Shown here piece after piece: positions 46,991-57,865 of a stretch of 64,000 bases of DNA. The stretch's first letter is position 1. Each line of letters starts with the position of its first letter. Source of the stretch: an uncultured Candidatus Binatia bacterium. GTDB taxonomy: Bacteria; Desulfobacterota; Binatia; Bin18. The notes beneath the pieces are model-generated. The model did not search any database. It saw only the letters and a list, made by a program, of their open reading frames with translations, and was not told the DNA's origin. The stretch is from the NCBI GenBank assembly GCA_965214605.1, contig OZ243961.1, positions 2,656,001-2,720,000 of the forward strand, written 5' to 3'. The position numbers and the translations under genes were made by a program.

Positions 46991-49351
46991 CTATAACATG
47001 CTATACGGATCAATATCAACGATTGTCCGCATGTCGCGCCCCCCTCTCGTCTTGGCCCGCCCCAATTCTTGTTCGAGATCTTGGCGAACCCGCTGGATCA
47101 GGCCGTGCAGGATCCGCGGCTGCTCGCCTTTGAGCAGCAACTGCCACCGGATCCGGCCTTTGATCTTTTCAATCGGGGCCGGAGCCGGACCTAACATAAC
47201 GGCTGAGCCCGACGATCCCCGGCCTTGCCCTTCTGCTTGGATGAGGGTCTGTAAACACTGGGCAAAGCGCTCGGCGTAGGCCATGACTTTTTCGCTATCG
47301 ACGCTCTCAAATCGAACATTGATCGCACGGGTAAACGGCGGGTAGCCGAACCGTTTGCGGTAGCCCAACTCCTGACTGGCGAAACGGACGAAATCGTGCC
47401 CAAGTGCCGCCCGGATACTGTAGTGATCGGGCGCATAGGTCTGAATGATGACCCGACCGGGGTTGTCACCGCGGCCGGCTCGGCCAGCCACCTGGGCCAG
47501 CAACTGAAAGGTTCTCTCTGCCGCCCGGAAGTCGGGCAGGTTGAGAGAGATATCGGCCGCTAGCACCCCCACCAAGGTGACGCCGGGGACGTCGTGCCCC
47601 TTGGCAATCATCTGGGTCCCGATAAGGACATCGAGATCCCCCGCCCGCCAGGCGCCTAAGATTTGCTCCAAAACACCTCGCCGACGGACCGCATCGCGGT
47701 CGAGCCGTCCAATCCGTGCGCCGGGTATCAGTTGTGTCAGAGCTTCCTCAACCTGCTGTGTCCCGATCCCGCTATCCCTTAGCGATGAACTCGAACAGAC
47801 CGGACAACGCCGCGGCGACGGTTTGGAGAGGCCGCAGTAATGACAGCGGAGTACGTGGTCTGGGCGGTGCCAGGTGAGCGTTACGCTGCACTGGGAACAG
47901 ATGAGCACCTCCCCACACTGATGACACTGGAGGTAGTTCGCATACCCGCGCCGGTTCATGAACAGCAGACTCTGGCGGCCATCCCGGTAATTTTCCACTA
48001 GGGCGTGTTGGAGAGGGGCTGAAAAAATCCGATCCGGACCGCGCGGTTGGGCTTCGTGTTTTGGCCGTCCTTGGCGACGTAGGTCCACCACTTCCACCTC
48101 CGGGAGCGGGCGGGAGGCAATCCGTTGGGGCAGGCTTAGCAGGGTATAGCGCTGGGATTGACTATGGAGGTAGCTCTCAAGCGAAGGGGTGGCCGAACCT
48201 AGGACCACCGGGCAAGAGGATATTCTGCCACGGACGACTGCAAGGTCTCTGGCATTATACCGCACGCTGTCCTCCTGCTTGTAGGCGCCGTCGTGCTCTT
48301 CATCGACCACGATCAGGCCCAACTGGTTCACCGGGGCAAAAATTGCCGAGCGGGTGCCAATAATGACTGGAGCGTCTCCGCGTGCGATACGTTGCCATTC
48401 TGCCCAACGCAGGCTGGACCGCACCCCACTGTGTAACACGGCGATTCGCTGTCCAAAACGCTGCCGGACGCGTTCGACCAACTGGTGGGTCAGGCCAATC
48501 TCTGGGACGAGCATCAGCACACGTTTACCGCTGTGCACAACGGTCTGAGCAGCGTGGATATACACCTCAGTTTTACCACTACCCGTCACCCCGTGTAGTA
48601 GAAACACTCGAAAGGCCGCGGATTGGAGGGCGGCGGTGATCTGGGTGTAAGCGGCTTCCTGCTCAGATGAGAGGGGGAAAGGAAGAGCGCTGCCCTCATC
48701 AGCCTTGGCCAGGGTCGAACTCGCCTCCGATTTGGCTTGTCGTATTTGCGGCGGAATATGCTCTCGGACTGTAAGCAGGTTTCGGGCTTCCAAGCCGGGC
48801 AGGATTCTTCCAATTGGCAAGCTGGGGAACTGTTGTCCAAGCGTCTTTGTCGTCACCCGTTTCTTGGCCAGCACGAAATCCAGAATCTTTTTTTCCCGTC
48901 TAGTCAGCTCTGAGGTACTTTGTTGAACATGCGAAGCTTCTGTAAGGCCTGCATTTTTGACCTTTCTCTTTTTCACCGGCGTCACCACCTGGGCGCTCTC
49001 ACTACGCAGACCGCTGGGGAGCATGACGTTGAGCATATCGCCCAAGGAGGCCAGATAGTAATTGGCTGTCCACTGCCACAATTCCATCATTTCTTCAGAA
49101 AAAATAGGAGTTTCATCGAGAACATCAAGAATATACTTCAATTTTTTATCGACCAAGGCATGAGAAGTACTAACACGCGTCACAATACCGGTCATTTTTC
49201 GACGGCCAACAGGCACAAAAACCCGCACCCCAGGGACGAGACTCGTCTGAAACGCCTCAGGAATAGCATAGGTAAGCTCTTTGTGACGACCGATTGAAGC
49301 CGTGACCACCACACAAGCGAAAGTAAAATATGAAGTTTGTGTCTCTAACAT
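46991..49351 (-). CDS. priA: Primosomal protein N'
   Basis: GVTGSGKTEVY, DEEH, four CxxC pairs, QVAGRAGR. Confidence 0.98.
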   Translation of the reverse strand: MLETQTSYFTFACVVVTASIGRHKELTYAIPEAFQTSLVPGVRVFVPVGRRKMTGIVTRVSTSHALVDKKLKYILDVLDETPIFSEEMMELWQWTANYYLASLGDMLNVMLPSGLRSESAQVVTPVKKRKVKNAGLTEASHVQQSTSELTRREKKILDFVLAKKRVTTKTLGQQFPSLPIGRILPGLEARNLLTVREHIPPQIRQAKSEASSTLAKADEGSALPFPLSSEQEAAYTQITAALQSAAFRVFLLHGVTGSGKTEVYIHAAQTVVHSGKRVLMLVPEIGLTHQLVERVRQRFGQRIAVLHSGVRSSLRWAEWQRIARGDAPVIIGTRSAIFAPVNQLGLIVVDEEHDGAYKQEDSVRYNARDLAVVRGRISSCPVVLGSATPSLESYLHSQSQRYTLLSLPQRIASRPLPEVEVVDLRRQGRPKHEAQPRGPDRIFSAPLQHALVENYRDGRQSLLFMNRRGYANYLQCHQCGEVLICSQCSVTLTWHRPDHVLRCHYCGLSKPSPRRCPVCSSSSLRDSGIGTQQVEEALTQLIPGARIGRLDRDAVRRRGVLEQILGAWRAGDLDVLIGTQMIAKGHDVPGVTLVGVLAADISLNLPDFRAAERTFQLLAQVAGRAGRGDNPGRVIIQTYAPDHYSIRAALGHDFVRFASQELGYRKRFGYPPFTRAINVRFESVDSEKVMAYAERFAQCLQTLIQAEGQGRGSSGSAVMLGPAPAPIEKIKGRIRWQLLLKGEQPRILHGLIQRVRQDLEQELGRAKTRGGRDMRTIVDIDPYSML

Positions 49352-49643
49352 TTGACAATATACTTTTTATTTGCCATATTAAGTCTTCGAAAAGACTGGG
49401 AACAGAAAGTCTTTACAATGCCTCTTGTGAGCGGTATGAAAGATTGCCTCAAACAAAGTCTTCCGACCTGTTTTATTCCAAGGAGAGAAAAACTATCTGA
49501 CCCTGGATATTGGGACAAGGCCGGTAAAAATACTCGAAATACAGAAGGAACGCACACTGAGGGCGGCCACGGCCGTGCAGGCAAAAAAACACTAGCATGG
49601 CGGTGTCACTGTGGATGAGGGTGTGATGGTGAGAGAGGGATGG

Positions 49644-50231
49644 ATGACGGATACGCCGAGGACAGTGGCGCTGGCGTGTATGGCCCTCGGCATGGGCGCG
49701 TGTACAGCCCACGCCCCCCTATCCACCGCATCTCCTGCTGCGTCCGCCTCTTCCGTTCAAGCGGATACAAGAGGCCGCCTCCGGATACAGGAAGTGCGTC
49801 TGGTCAAGACAGCCCGGCAGCGCGGTGTGCGGTTTCAGTTTTCTCAACCGCCTCACGAAATTGATTATTTCCCCCTACGAGACCCGAGCCGGTTGGTGAT
49901 CGATGTCAAAGGACCAGTTGTGGTCCTCCCGCAGGTCTATAATACGCTTGATCCACTAGTTTCGGCAGTACGGATCAGCAGCTACCAGGGCAGAATGCGG
50001 CTCGTGATCGATATGGAGAGCGAGAAGGTCCCGCCATTTTCGATTGATCAGCAGGAGAGCGTGCTGATCGTCTATATCGGCTATGAACAGGACGGGGATG
50101 TTTCTGCCGTGACGAACGCTCGGGGTCGGACGGCGCATGAGATAAGGAGAACAACGGTATTGGCTGGGACACTCGGAGGCTTGAGTGTCAGTGGTAATGT
50201 AGGGCGGTGGAGTGGTGGAAGCGAGGGGTAA
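49644..50231 (+). CDS. AMIN-domain lipoprotein, probable truncated pilQ remnant
   Basis: Lipobox MGAC; LRDPSRLVIDV..VRIS...RLVID; no secretin domain; sits directly before aroK-aroB. Confidence 0.65.
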   Translation: MTDTPRTVALACMALGMGACTAHAPLSTASPAASASSVQADTRGRLRIQEVRLVKTARQRGVRFQFSQPPHEIDYFPLRDPSRLVIDVKGPVVVLPQVYNTLDPLVSAVRISSYQGRMRLVIDMESEKVPPFSIDQQESVLIVYIGYEQDGDVSAVTNARGRTAHEIRRTTVLAGTLGGLSVSGNVGRWSGGSEG

Positions 50232-50256
50232 TACGCTTCTTGACTTCGAGCCTCCA

Positions 50257-50417
50257 AGTGTCTCTGTCAATGTGGTGGTTTGGATGGTTGCGGTAGCGGA
50301 AAAACGATGGAGTGTCTCTGTTTAAGGTGGTGTGAATGGTTGCGGGTAGCGGAGGAACAACGGAGTATCTCTATTGATGTGGTGGCGTGGATGGTTGCGG
50401 TAGCGGAAAAACGACAG
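50257..50417 (+). repeat. Three degenerate ~54-bp tandem repeats
   Basis: AGTRTCTCT...GTGGT...ATGGTTGCGG(G)TAGCGGA..AAC at about 50257, 50311, 50364. Confidence 0.85.
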
Positions 50418-50598
50418 AGATTAAGATAGGGGTGGGGAGGGGGAATTTTCCCCCTGTTCCTTGATTTCCCCCCACTCCTATCAAAAAATCTTCCTTCAGG
50501 CAAGGCCCTAGCCTAGGTGCGCCCGCTCAAGAGGAAAAACACCGGGAGAAGGCTGGAACAGACCCCAGGGCGCTTCCCTGACCTGCTGCTCTGTATCT

Positions 50599-51117
50599 AT
50601 GCCAGCTAATATCATACTTACCGGCTTCATGGGGACTGGCAAAACCGAGGTCGGCAGGCAGCTGGCCAGGCAGCTGGGGTGGCTGTTTGTCGATACAGAC
50701 CTCGTTATCGAACAAGTATCCAATACCTCTATTCGACAGCTCTTTGCGGAAAAAGGAGAAGTCTATTTCCGTGAGCAAGAACGGCGGGTAATCGCCTGGG
50801 CGTGCCAACACCAGCGACATGTTATTGCCACTGGGGGCGGAGCGATTGTTGACCCGGTCAACGCCCAACGGCTCAAAAATAGCGGTCTGCTCGTGTGTTT
50901 GACCGCGACTCCTGAGGTTATTTTCTCTCGGGTACGGAGCAATACCGACCGTCCGCTCCTCCAGACCGAAGATCCACTGGCAACAATTCGGATCCTGATG
51001 GCAAGTCGGGATGGCGCCTATGCCAGGGCACAGATCACTATTGACACCTCGCAGCAGAGTGTGGAACAGGTTGTTGCAACAGTGCTGGACGCGTATCGCG
51101 ACTACGCCCGAGCCTAG
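50599..51117 (+). CDS. aroK: Shikimate kinase
   Basis: GFMGTGKT, DTD, GE.YFRE.E, TGGG, RPLL. Confidence 0.97.
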   Translation: MPANIILTGFMGTGKTEVGRQLARQLGWLFVDTDLVIEQVSNTSIRQLFAEKGEVYFREQERRVIAWACQHQRHVIATGGGAIVDPVNAQRLKNSGLLVCLTATPEVIFSRVRSNTDRPLLQTEDPLATIRILMASRDGAYARAQITIDTSQQSVEQVVATVLDAYRDYARA

Positions 51118-51153
51118 GAGAAGAAGACAGGACGGTCGTCCGTCCCTGTGCCG

Positions 51154-52251
51154 ATGGAGAGCATCACCGTTCATCTTGGCCAGCGTTCCTACCCGATCAT
51201 GATTGGGGCTGGAGTGCTGGCCCATCTTGGCCCACTGTTGGACGAGCAGGGCCTGACCGCCAAGCGCGTTGCGGTGGTGACCGATAGCAATGTCGCAGCG
51301 TATTACCGCGAGCCACTGCTGCATAGCCTGACCGGGGCGGGCTATGAGCCGTGGGTGATCGTGCTGCCGCCCGGTGAACAGCACAAAGATCTGGCGACCC
51401 TCTCCTTGGTGTACGACAAGCTGATTGAAGGACGGATCGAACGCCGTTGTCCGCTGATCGCTTTAGGCGGAGGGGTGATCGGTGACCTGACCGGATTTGC
51501 TGCCGCCACGTTTCAGCGCGGCGTCCCCTTTATTCAGGTGCCGACAACGCTGTTAGCCCAGATTGACGCCAGCGTGGGGGGGAAAACCGCGGTCAACCAT
51601 CCGGCCGGGAAAAATTTGATTGGGGCTTTCTATCAGCCGCGTTTGGTCCTCATTGATGTTGACACGCTCAAAACCCTGCCCCAACACGAGTTTGTGGCTG
51701 GGGTTGCGGAGGTGATCAAGTATGGGGCGATTCTGAGTCCAGACTTGTTCGTCCTCTTAGAGGAGCAGCTCGACCGCCTGCTCCACCTAGAGCCTGCGGT
51801 GTTGACCTCAATCATCCAGACCTGCTGTCAGCTCAAGGCGCAGGTGGTCGAAGCGGACGAGCAAGAAACAGATTTCCGGGCAATTCTCAACTTTGGGCAT
51901 ACGCTCGGCCACGCCGTCGAGAGTGCGACCGGGTATGGGCGGTTCTTGCACGGCGAGGCGGTTGCCATAGGTATGGCGTTTGCCGCCAAGCTGTCGCTCC
52001 AACGTGGCCTGTGTGAAGCGGCCACCCGTGACCGTCTCGTGCGCTTGATCAAACGGGCTGGTTTGCCGAGCGATATCCCGCCGGATATCGCTCAAGAGCA
52101 CCTGCATGCAGGTATCGGGGCGGACAAGAAGGTCTCGGCCGGCAAGGTCAAATTCGTGTGTCTTGAACAGCTCGGCAAAACTCGCTTTGAGTCGTTGAGC
52201 GCTACCGAAATTGTCCGTCATGTGTCCCATCCCCGCCTGTCCAGCCCGTGA
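51154..52251 (+). CDS. aroB: 3-dehydroquinate synthase
   Basis: GGGVIGD, PTTLLAQIDASVGGKT, LNFGHTLGHA, HGEAV. Confidence 0.98.
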   Translation: MESITVHLGQRSYPIMIGAGVLAHLGPLLDEQGLTAKRVAVVTDSNVAAYYREPLLHSLTGAGYEPWVIVLPPGEQHKDLATLSLVYDKLIEGRIERRCPLIALGGGVIGDLTGFAAATFQRGVPFIQVPTTLLAQIDASVGGKTAVNHPAGKNLIGAFYQPRLVLIDVDTLKTLPQHEFVAGVAEVIKYGAILSPDLFVLLEEQLDRLLHLEPAVLTSIIQTCCQLKAQVVEADEQETDFRAILNFGHTLGHAVESATGYGRFLHGEAVAIGMAFAAKLSLQRGLCEAATRDRLVRLIKRAGLPSDIPPDIAQEHLHAGIGADKKVSAGKVKFVCLEQLGKTRFESLSATEIVRHVSHPRLSSP

Positions 52252-52333
52252 TCTTCTAGCGGGCCGGATTATGCTTGATTACACAAACAAGACATTATAC
52301 CCTGAAACATACCACAGGCTGGGACGCGTACCT

Positions 52334-53077
52334 ATGGATTTCTTGAAGCACGCAGCGGTTTATCAGATAGGTCTTGCCCTCATGCTTTCGGGGTGCTCGT
52401 CGATGAGTGCCGCCACGGACACGAGGTCGAGTTCGAATGTGAGCCCTGGACCGCCCCCTTCCTCGGCCCAAACCCAACCGCCCGCTATCACCCAACCGGA
52501 ACTTCAGGTTGACCTCCAGGACGCTCCACCGCTGACCCGAGGAGAGAAAGTCAAGCGCATGGACCGAGCGCTCTCCCGTTCGCTCAATAAGTTTGATGCC
52601 CGCCGGAATGTCGCAGATCAGGGCGGCGGGCCTTCTTCTGCCACGGCCGGGAACGCGCAGGATGGTGTGGTCGATAAGGCCGCGGGGTCCGGTGACGGCG
52701 CGTTTCCCGAGGCTGGGGTGGGCGGGTCAATCGCCTCTTCCGACATATCGGGAACCGAGGTGACGTCGCAAGTTCCGGGTGGTCCAGCTGCGGGCTCAAC
52801 ACCGATCACCGACGTGACAGGGCTAGACCAGGCCTTGGGCATCCCGCCGCCCTTTGGCGGGACGGAGACGCCGGACAGGACCTCCACACAGATACTGCGT
52901 GGACGGACGCCGGTTCTTGGTAGTGGGAAGCTGCCGGAAGACATTCCTAGTGCCGACAACGACAGCGTCCTTGAGGCACAGATCCGTGCAGCGGCGATGC
53001 AGGAAAAAGATCCGCACCTGCGGGAACGCCTGTGGAACGAATATCGTCGATACAAGGGTCTCCCCACAAAAGAATAG
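52334..53077 (+). CDS. Pro/Gly-rich lipoprotein with helical C-terminus
   Basis: Lipobox LSGC; low-complexity middle; ends PEDIPSADNDSVLEAQIRAAAMQEKDPHLRERLWNEYRRYKG. Confidence 0.7.
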   Translation: MDFLKHAAVYQIGLALMLSGCSSMSAATDTRSSSNVSPGPPPSSAQTQPPAITQPELQVDLQDAPPLTRGEKVKRMDRALSRSLNKFDARRNVADQGGGPSSATAGNAQDGVVDKAAGSGDGAFPEAGVGGSIASSDISGTEVTSQVPGGPAAGSTPITDVTGLDQALGIPPPFGGTETPDRTSTQILRGRTPVLGSGKLPEDIPSADNDSVLEAQIRAAAMQEKDPHLRERLWNEYRRYKGLPTKE

Positions 53078-53097
53078 GCGGCGTACTGAGGGACCGA

Positions 53098-54306
53098 ATG
53101 GAGCTCGTAAAGAAGCTTGTCGTACACCTAGTGTGTGTTGCACTCGCCCTGTCAGGCTGCGCCGCAAACCCGGGATTGAGGTCGGGCCAGAACGTCGGAT
53201 CGCCCTCCTCCACCCTGGCTAACGTGCCCACGCCGGTGGATAAACCCAGACTGGACATTATCATTCCGGTATTTGATCCTGGGCTAGTGCAGGGCACCGT
53301 CGTTGACGGCGTGTGGCCGGAACTGCGCCGGGCCGAGGCCAATCGCTTTGCCCACAAGCTGAAGCTGGCCCTTGAAGAAAGCGGCGTCTTTGGGGCCGTC
53401 CGAGTCACCCCCGACGCGACCGCGACCGGTGACCTGTACGTGATGGGCAAGATTAAGGAATCGACCGGTGAGAGGATCGCAATCGACCTGCAGGTGCGAG
53501 ATATTGCCGGCACCCACTGGTTTAGCCAGTCCTTTGACCATGCAGTGGACAACAGTTTCCATAAAAATATCCGCAACCAGGGCAAAGACCCTTACGATCC
53601 AGTATTCAGGAGTGCCGCCCAGTATCTCGTTGAACAGCTCAAGCAGCGGCAGACCGCCTCCCTAGAACAGCTCAGAATGCTGACCGACCTCCGCTTTGGC
53701 GTGAGTCTGACCGAGGAAGCCTTCTCTGAGCATCTCGAACGAAAAGGCGACCGGTTTGTTCTCGCCAGTTATCCGAGCCGTGATGATCCCATGCTCCTGA
53801 GAACCAGGGCCATCCGCGTTCGCGATCAGCTTTTTATTGACGATCTGCAGGACCACTACCGGGTGTTCAACGATAAAATGAACGCCAGTTATCTGATCTG
53901 GCAGGAACAGAGCCTAGCCGAGGTCGAGGCCGAGAGAAAGACTAAGCGGAAAGCCCTCACCCAGGGGATTGCCGGCGCGCTGCTGCTCGGGCTTGGCGTT
54001 GCGGGTATCGCCATGGCTCCCCATGGTAACCTCGGCTCCGTGGCGACAACCGCCGGCTTGGCCAGTGGCGTCGCCGGGGCGGTCATGCTGGGGAAGAGCT
54101 TTCAGACCAGCAAAGAAGCCAAGGTCCACCGCGACGCGCTCAACGAGCTTGGCGAGTCCATTGATGTTGAACTTGCCCCTCAGGTCGTCGCATTTGAGAA
54201 AGACACCCAGAAACTGACCGGGACGGCCAAAGAACAGTTCGGGCAGTGGCGCGCCTTTCTCAAGAAAATCTACGAACAAGAGCGCACGCCGGAGGTGGGA
54301 CTCTAA
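53098..54306 (+). CDS. Hypothetical lipoprotein
   Basis: Lipobox LSGC; Gly-zipper-like hydrophobic hairpin near C-terminus; in operon. Confidence 0.75.
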   Translation: MELVKKLVVHLVCVALALSGCAANPGLRSGQNVGSPSSTLANVPTPVDKPRLDIIIPVFDPGLVQGTVVDGVWPELRRAEANRFAHKLKLALEESGVFGAVRVTPDATATGDLYVMGKIKESTGERIAIDLQVRDIAGTHWFSQSFDHAVDNSFHKNIRNQGKDPYDPVFRSAAQYLVEQLKQRQTASLEQLRMLTDLRFGVSLTEEAFSEHLERKGDRFVLASYPSRDDPMLLRTRAIRVRDQLFIDDLQDHYRVFNDKMNASYLIWQEQSLAEVEAERKTKRKALTQGIAGALLLGLGVAGIAMAPHGNLGSVATTAGLASGVAGAVMLGKSFQTSKEAKVHRDALNELGESIDVELAPQVVAFEKDTQKLTGTAKEQFGQWRAFLKKIYEQERTPEVGL

Positions 54307-54372
54307 CAAGGTGAACGATGATGACTCCCTCATCAAGAAGAGACCATCGTTCACCTTGCCCGGAGTACAGGA

Positions 54373-55848
54373 ATGCTGGATGAGCGGCTCAAAGGCGCGA
54401 GTCGGCAAGCGTGGAACAGACGGCTCAAGGGAGCCGCGATAGGAGTCATCGGAATATCAGGCCTTGGGCTGTTGTGGTTCGCGGAAGAAGGGTTTATGAA
54501 CCATGAGCCGTCGGGCAGGATCGACCTGTTTGCCCCCGATGTTTCGAGCAACACGTCTGAAATTCTCGGTGTGCTCCCCGATCCGGCAAGCAGTCCTCAG
54601 CTCGGGTTGCCACTCGACAGAGATCCCCGGGAACGCTTTAAGGAGGCCTTGAGCGAGTATCTCCGCGAGGTCGAACCGCTTATCTCTAGCCAGGCATTTG
54701 CACGCTGGGACGCGGTCGCCCAGCGCGATATAACAGCGATGAAGGAAGCCGCGTTGCGGGCCTTCGGCGAGGGAAGCCACGCCGACGCGCTCCTCCGGCT
54801 CGAAGCGCTGCTTGAAAAGGCGCGGGAGGCCGTGCGGCAACGTGAAGCGGCTTTCACGGCTGCACTTTCGGCTGCGGACGCCAGCCTCGGACAAGACAAC
54901 TACCATGACGCCAGTCTTCATGTCACCGAAGCTTTGCGCATCAAGCCGGAATCACCGGAGGCCCTCCGCCTGCACGCTAGGATCGAGCAATTACCAGACA
55001 TTTTGGTCCACTTAGAGGCGGCCCGGATAGCTGGGCTTGAGAACAATCCGCAGGCCGAACTGCAGTCCCTTGAAGAAGTCCTCCGGCGAGATCCAACCCG
55101 CTCGGCTGTCCGTACTCGTATGACTGCCCTGAGAACAGGCATTCAGGAGGAGCGCTACAGCCGTCATATCGCACGTGGGCTCGCCGCTCTAGAGAAGAGC
55201 GACCTTGCGAGTGCCCAGGCACAGCTCAACAAAGCGCGTCACTTGTTTCCGAAGCGGGCGGAAACCACCCTATTGGCCGGACAGGTGTTCGACCTCAATC
55301 AAGCGCTGCAGGTCGAACGTCTGCTCAACAGAGCGGGCACCGCCGTGGAGGCGGACGACTGGCCCTCAGCGCTTGACGCCTACCGGCAGGTGGAGGCTAT
55401 CCGGCCCGGAAACGCCTCGGCTGTCCAGGGCCGGCAGACTGCCGAGCGCCTCCTTGCCCTGCTCAGCACCGTCCAGACCCATCTCGGTGCTCCTCATCGG
55501 CTGTCGTCGCCAAACGTTGCGGCCCAGGCACAAGAGCTGATTGATCAGAGTAGGGAAGCCGGGCGTCTCAGCCCGCAATTAGCCGCCCGGGCTTTAGAAC
55601 TTCAACGGGCACTTGAGAGCTACTCCAGACAGGTCCCAGTCCGTATTGTTTCTGACGGAAAGACAAAAATATCGGTCAGGGGGGTCGGTCGGGTCGGGGC
55701 TGTCGTCTCGAAGCTTATCCATCTCAAGCCGGGCGCGTATAAATTCGAGGGCAGTCGGAGCGGGTATAAATCGGAAATCGTACAGGTTCAGGTCCCACCG
55801 GACGCGTTTGATGTTCGAGTTGAAATTGTTTGCGATGAACCGATTTGA
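54373..55848 (+). CDS. Membrane-anchored TPR-like helical protein with C-terminal PEGA-like domain
   Basis: N-terminal TM, helical repeats, SDGKT..LKPGAY...R.GY. Confidence 0.7.
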   Translation: MLDERLKGASRQAWNRRLKGAAIGVIGISGLGLLWFAEEGFMNHEPSGRIDLFAPDVSSNTSEILGVLPDPASSPQLGLPLDRDPRERFKEALSEYLREVEPLISSQAFARWDAVAQRDITAMKEAALRAFGEGSHADALLRLEALLEKAREAVRQREAAFTAALSAADASLGQDNYHDASLHVTEALRIKPESPEALRLHARIEQLPDILVHLEAARIAGLENNPQAELQSLEEVLRRDPTRSAVRTRMTALRTGIQEERYSRHIARGLAALEKSDLASAQAQLNKARHLFPKRAETTLLAGQVFDLNQALQVERLLNRAGTAVEADDWPSALDAYRQVEAIRPGNASAVQGRQTAERLLALLSTVQTHLGAPHRLSSPNVAAQAQELIDQSREAGRLSPQLAARALELQRALESYSRQVPVRIVSDGKTKISVRGVGRVGAVVSKLIHLKPGAYKFEGSRSGYKSEIVQVQVPPDAFDVRVEIVCDEPI

Positions 55849-57865
55849 GCAACGTATTAAAAGTGCCCGACAATACCAACGCAGCCGTTACGGGATCATT
55901 GCACTTGCTCTGGCGTGCGGCATGCTGATTGTCGCGCTCACTGTTGTCTATGCGACCGGAACGTCCGTCAAGATCGCACCGGCGGACGCGGCCCAGACCG
56001 GCTCCGTTAACGTTGAGGACGGCATTGCGGTGGCCGTCTCAGGCGTGGTCTACGCCTTCAGTTCGAAGCCTGTGGTGGCTGTGAGCGCCCCTGGCTTTCG
56101 AACCGCCAACCGCCAGATTCAGCCCCATGAACGGGGCGGTGTGATCAGCGTTACCCTCCAGGAGCTACCCGGCCGCTTGATTGCTTCGAGCAGTCCGGCA
56201 GACGACGCTACCCGATGGTCTCTGAACGCCAACCAAGTGGCGACAAGTGCCCAATTTGAACGCGAACTCCTGCCGGGCGAATACCGGATTGGCGTCGATC
56301 ATCCCTACTATCAGACTACCGAGCAGCGTATCACTCTTGGCCGCGGCGAAGAACTCAAGCTCGACATTCCCCTCCAGGAAGTCGAGGGCGAGCTCTTTAT
56401 TCAGTCCTTGCCGACCGGAGCCTCGGTCACCCTCAACGACGTGCAGGCCGGGACAACGCCGTTCCGCCGCCGCCTAGCCGGCGGCAGGTATCAGATCGCC
56501 GTGTCGCTCGACGGGTATGCGCAGGTCTTGGAAAGCGTTGAGGTGACCAACGCCGCGGCGTCGGTCGAACGCTCCTATCGTCTTCGGCGGCCAACCGCGA
56601 CCTTGACCTTTGAGGTCAGTCCGCCGGGCGGGAATCTTCTTGTCAATGGGAAAAGGGTAAACCCTGCTCAGAGCTACGGCGTGCCGGCCAATACTCAGGT
56701 CGACGTCACCTATCTCAGCCCAGGCTATACCAGACTGACTCGCAAGGTGGTTGGTCAAGCGCGGCAAACCACCCGGGTGCAACTGCACTTACAGCCAGAG
56801 TTCGGTCGGGTAGACATCCGGTCCCGGCCTCAGTCCCACGTGTTCATCAATGGGACGGAAAAAGGGGTGACGCCGCTAAGCCTGAACCTGGCGACCAAAC
56901 CCCAAACACTCTCCCTCAGACGCGCGGGTCACCGGACGATTGAGCGGCGGGTCAAGCCGTCGAGCACTCACACGACGGTGATAGACGAAACCCTCGTGAC
57001 CGAGTTCGCGGCGCGTTTGGCAGAAGCGCCCAAGCAGTATACAAACTCTGCTGGCGTGCAATTAGTCCTGTTTCATCCGACCCGTTTCACCATGGGCGCC
57101 CCACGCCACCAGAAAGGCCAGCGGGCCAATGAGTTTGAGCGTCAGGTGGTCCTCACAAAACCCTTCTATGCGGGAAAATACGAGATCACAAACGCCGAGT
57201 TTCAGAAATTCAAACCGGACCACAACGGTGCTGCCAATTTGCCCGTGACTTCTGTGCACTGGATAGACGCGGGGATGTTTTGTAACTGGCTGAGCCAACA
57301 AGAAGGATTGTCGCCATTTTATCGTATCAAGAACGGAGCACTCCTCGGCATCAACGGGACGGCGGACGGGTATCGATTACTGACGGAAGCCGAATGGGAG
57401 TGGCTGGCGCGCCGAGCGGGGCGTAAAGCCAGCACTATTTTCCCATGGGGGGACGAGTCCATTCTGCCGCGTCAGACGGGGAACGTCGCCGATGAGAGCG
57501 CCCAGGGAAGCACTCGGTTCTACGTTCCGAATTACGTTGACGGGCATGCCGGCCTAGCTCCAGTCGGGAGTTTTCCAGCCGAGTCGTCCGGCCTTCACGA
57601 TCTGACCGGAAACGTCAGCGAATGGGTCCACGACTATTATACGATTGTGGCTGACCCGACGTCTGGAACCCCGACCGATCCGCTCGGCCCGGCCTTCGGC
57701 CGGTCGCACGTCATCAAGGGATCGAGTTGGCGGTCGGGCTCGCTGACACCCCTGCGCGCGGCGTATAGGGATGGCCTGCGCGAGGGACGTGATGATGTGG
57801 GATTCAGAATAGCCAGATATCTGTACGCACCTGAGGAAACATACACCCACCATGAACAACGATAA
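55835..57865 (+). CDS. PEGA-repeat + FGE-sulfatase (SUMF1) domain protein
   Basis: TM; S.P.GA.V.LN..G.TP repeats; YEITN, YRLLTEAEWE, GLHDLTGNVSEW, GFRIAR. Confidence 0.88.
   Translation: MNRFEQRIKSARQYQRSRYGIIALALACGMLIVALTVVYATGTSVKIAPADAAQTGSVNVEDGIAVAVSGVVYAFSSKPVVAVSAPGFRTANRQIQPHERGGVISVTLQELPGRLIASSSPADDATRWSLNANQVATSAQFERELLPGEYRIGVDHPYYQTTEQRITLGRGEELKLDIPLQEVEGELFIQSLPTGASVTLNDVQAGTTPFRRRLAGGRYQIAVSLDGYAQVLESVEVTNAAASVERSYRLRRPTATLTFEVSPPGGNLLVNGKRVNPAQSYGVPANTQVDVTYLSPGYTRLTRKVVGQARQTTRVQLHLQPEFGRVDIRSRPQSHVFINGTEKGVTPLSLNLATKPQTLSLRRAGHRTIERRVKPSSTHTTVIDETLVTEFAARLAEAPKQYTNSAGVQLVLFHPTRFTMGAPRHQKGQRANEFERQVVLTKPFYAGKYEITNAEFQKFKPDHNGAANLPVTSVHWIDAGMFCNWLSQQEGLSPFYRIKNGALLGINGTADGYRLLTEAEWEWLARRAGRKASTIFPWGDESILPRQTGNVADESAQGSTRFYVPNYVDGHAGLAPVGSFPAESSGLHDLTGNVSEWVHDYYTIVADPTSGTPTDPLGPAFGRSHVIKGSSWRSGSLTPLRAAYRDGLREGRDDVGFRIARYLYAPEETYTHHEQR

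Noticed and set aside
50257-50417. Repeats as a CRISPR array
   Set aside because: Units are similar along their whole length, with no unique spacers
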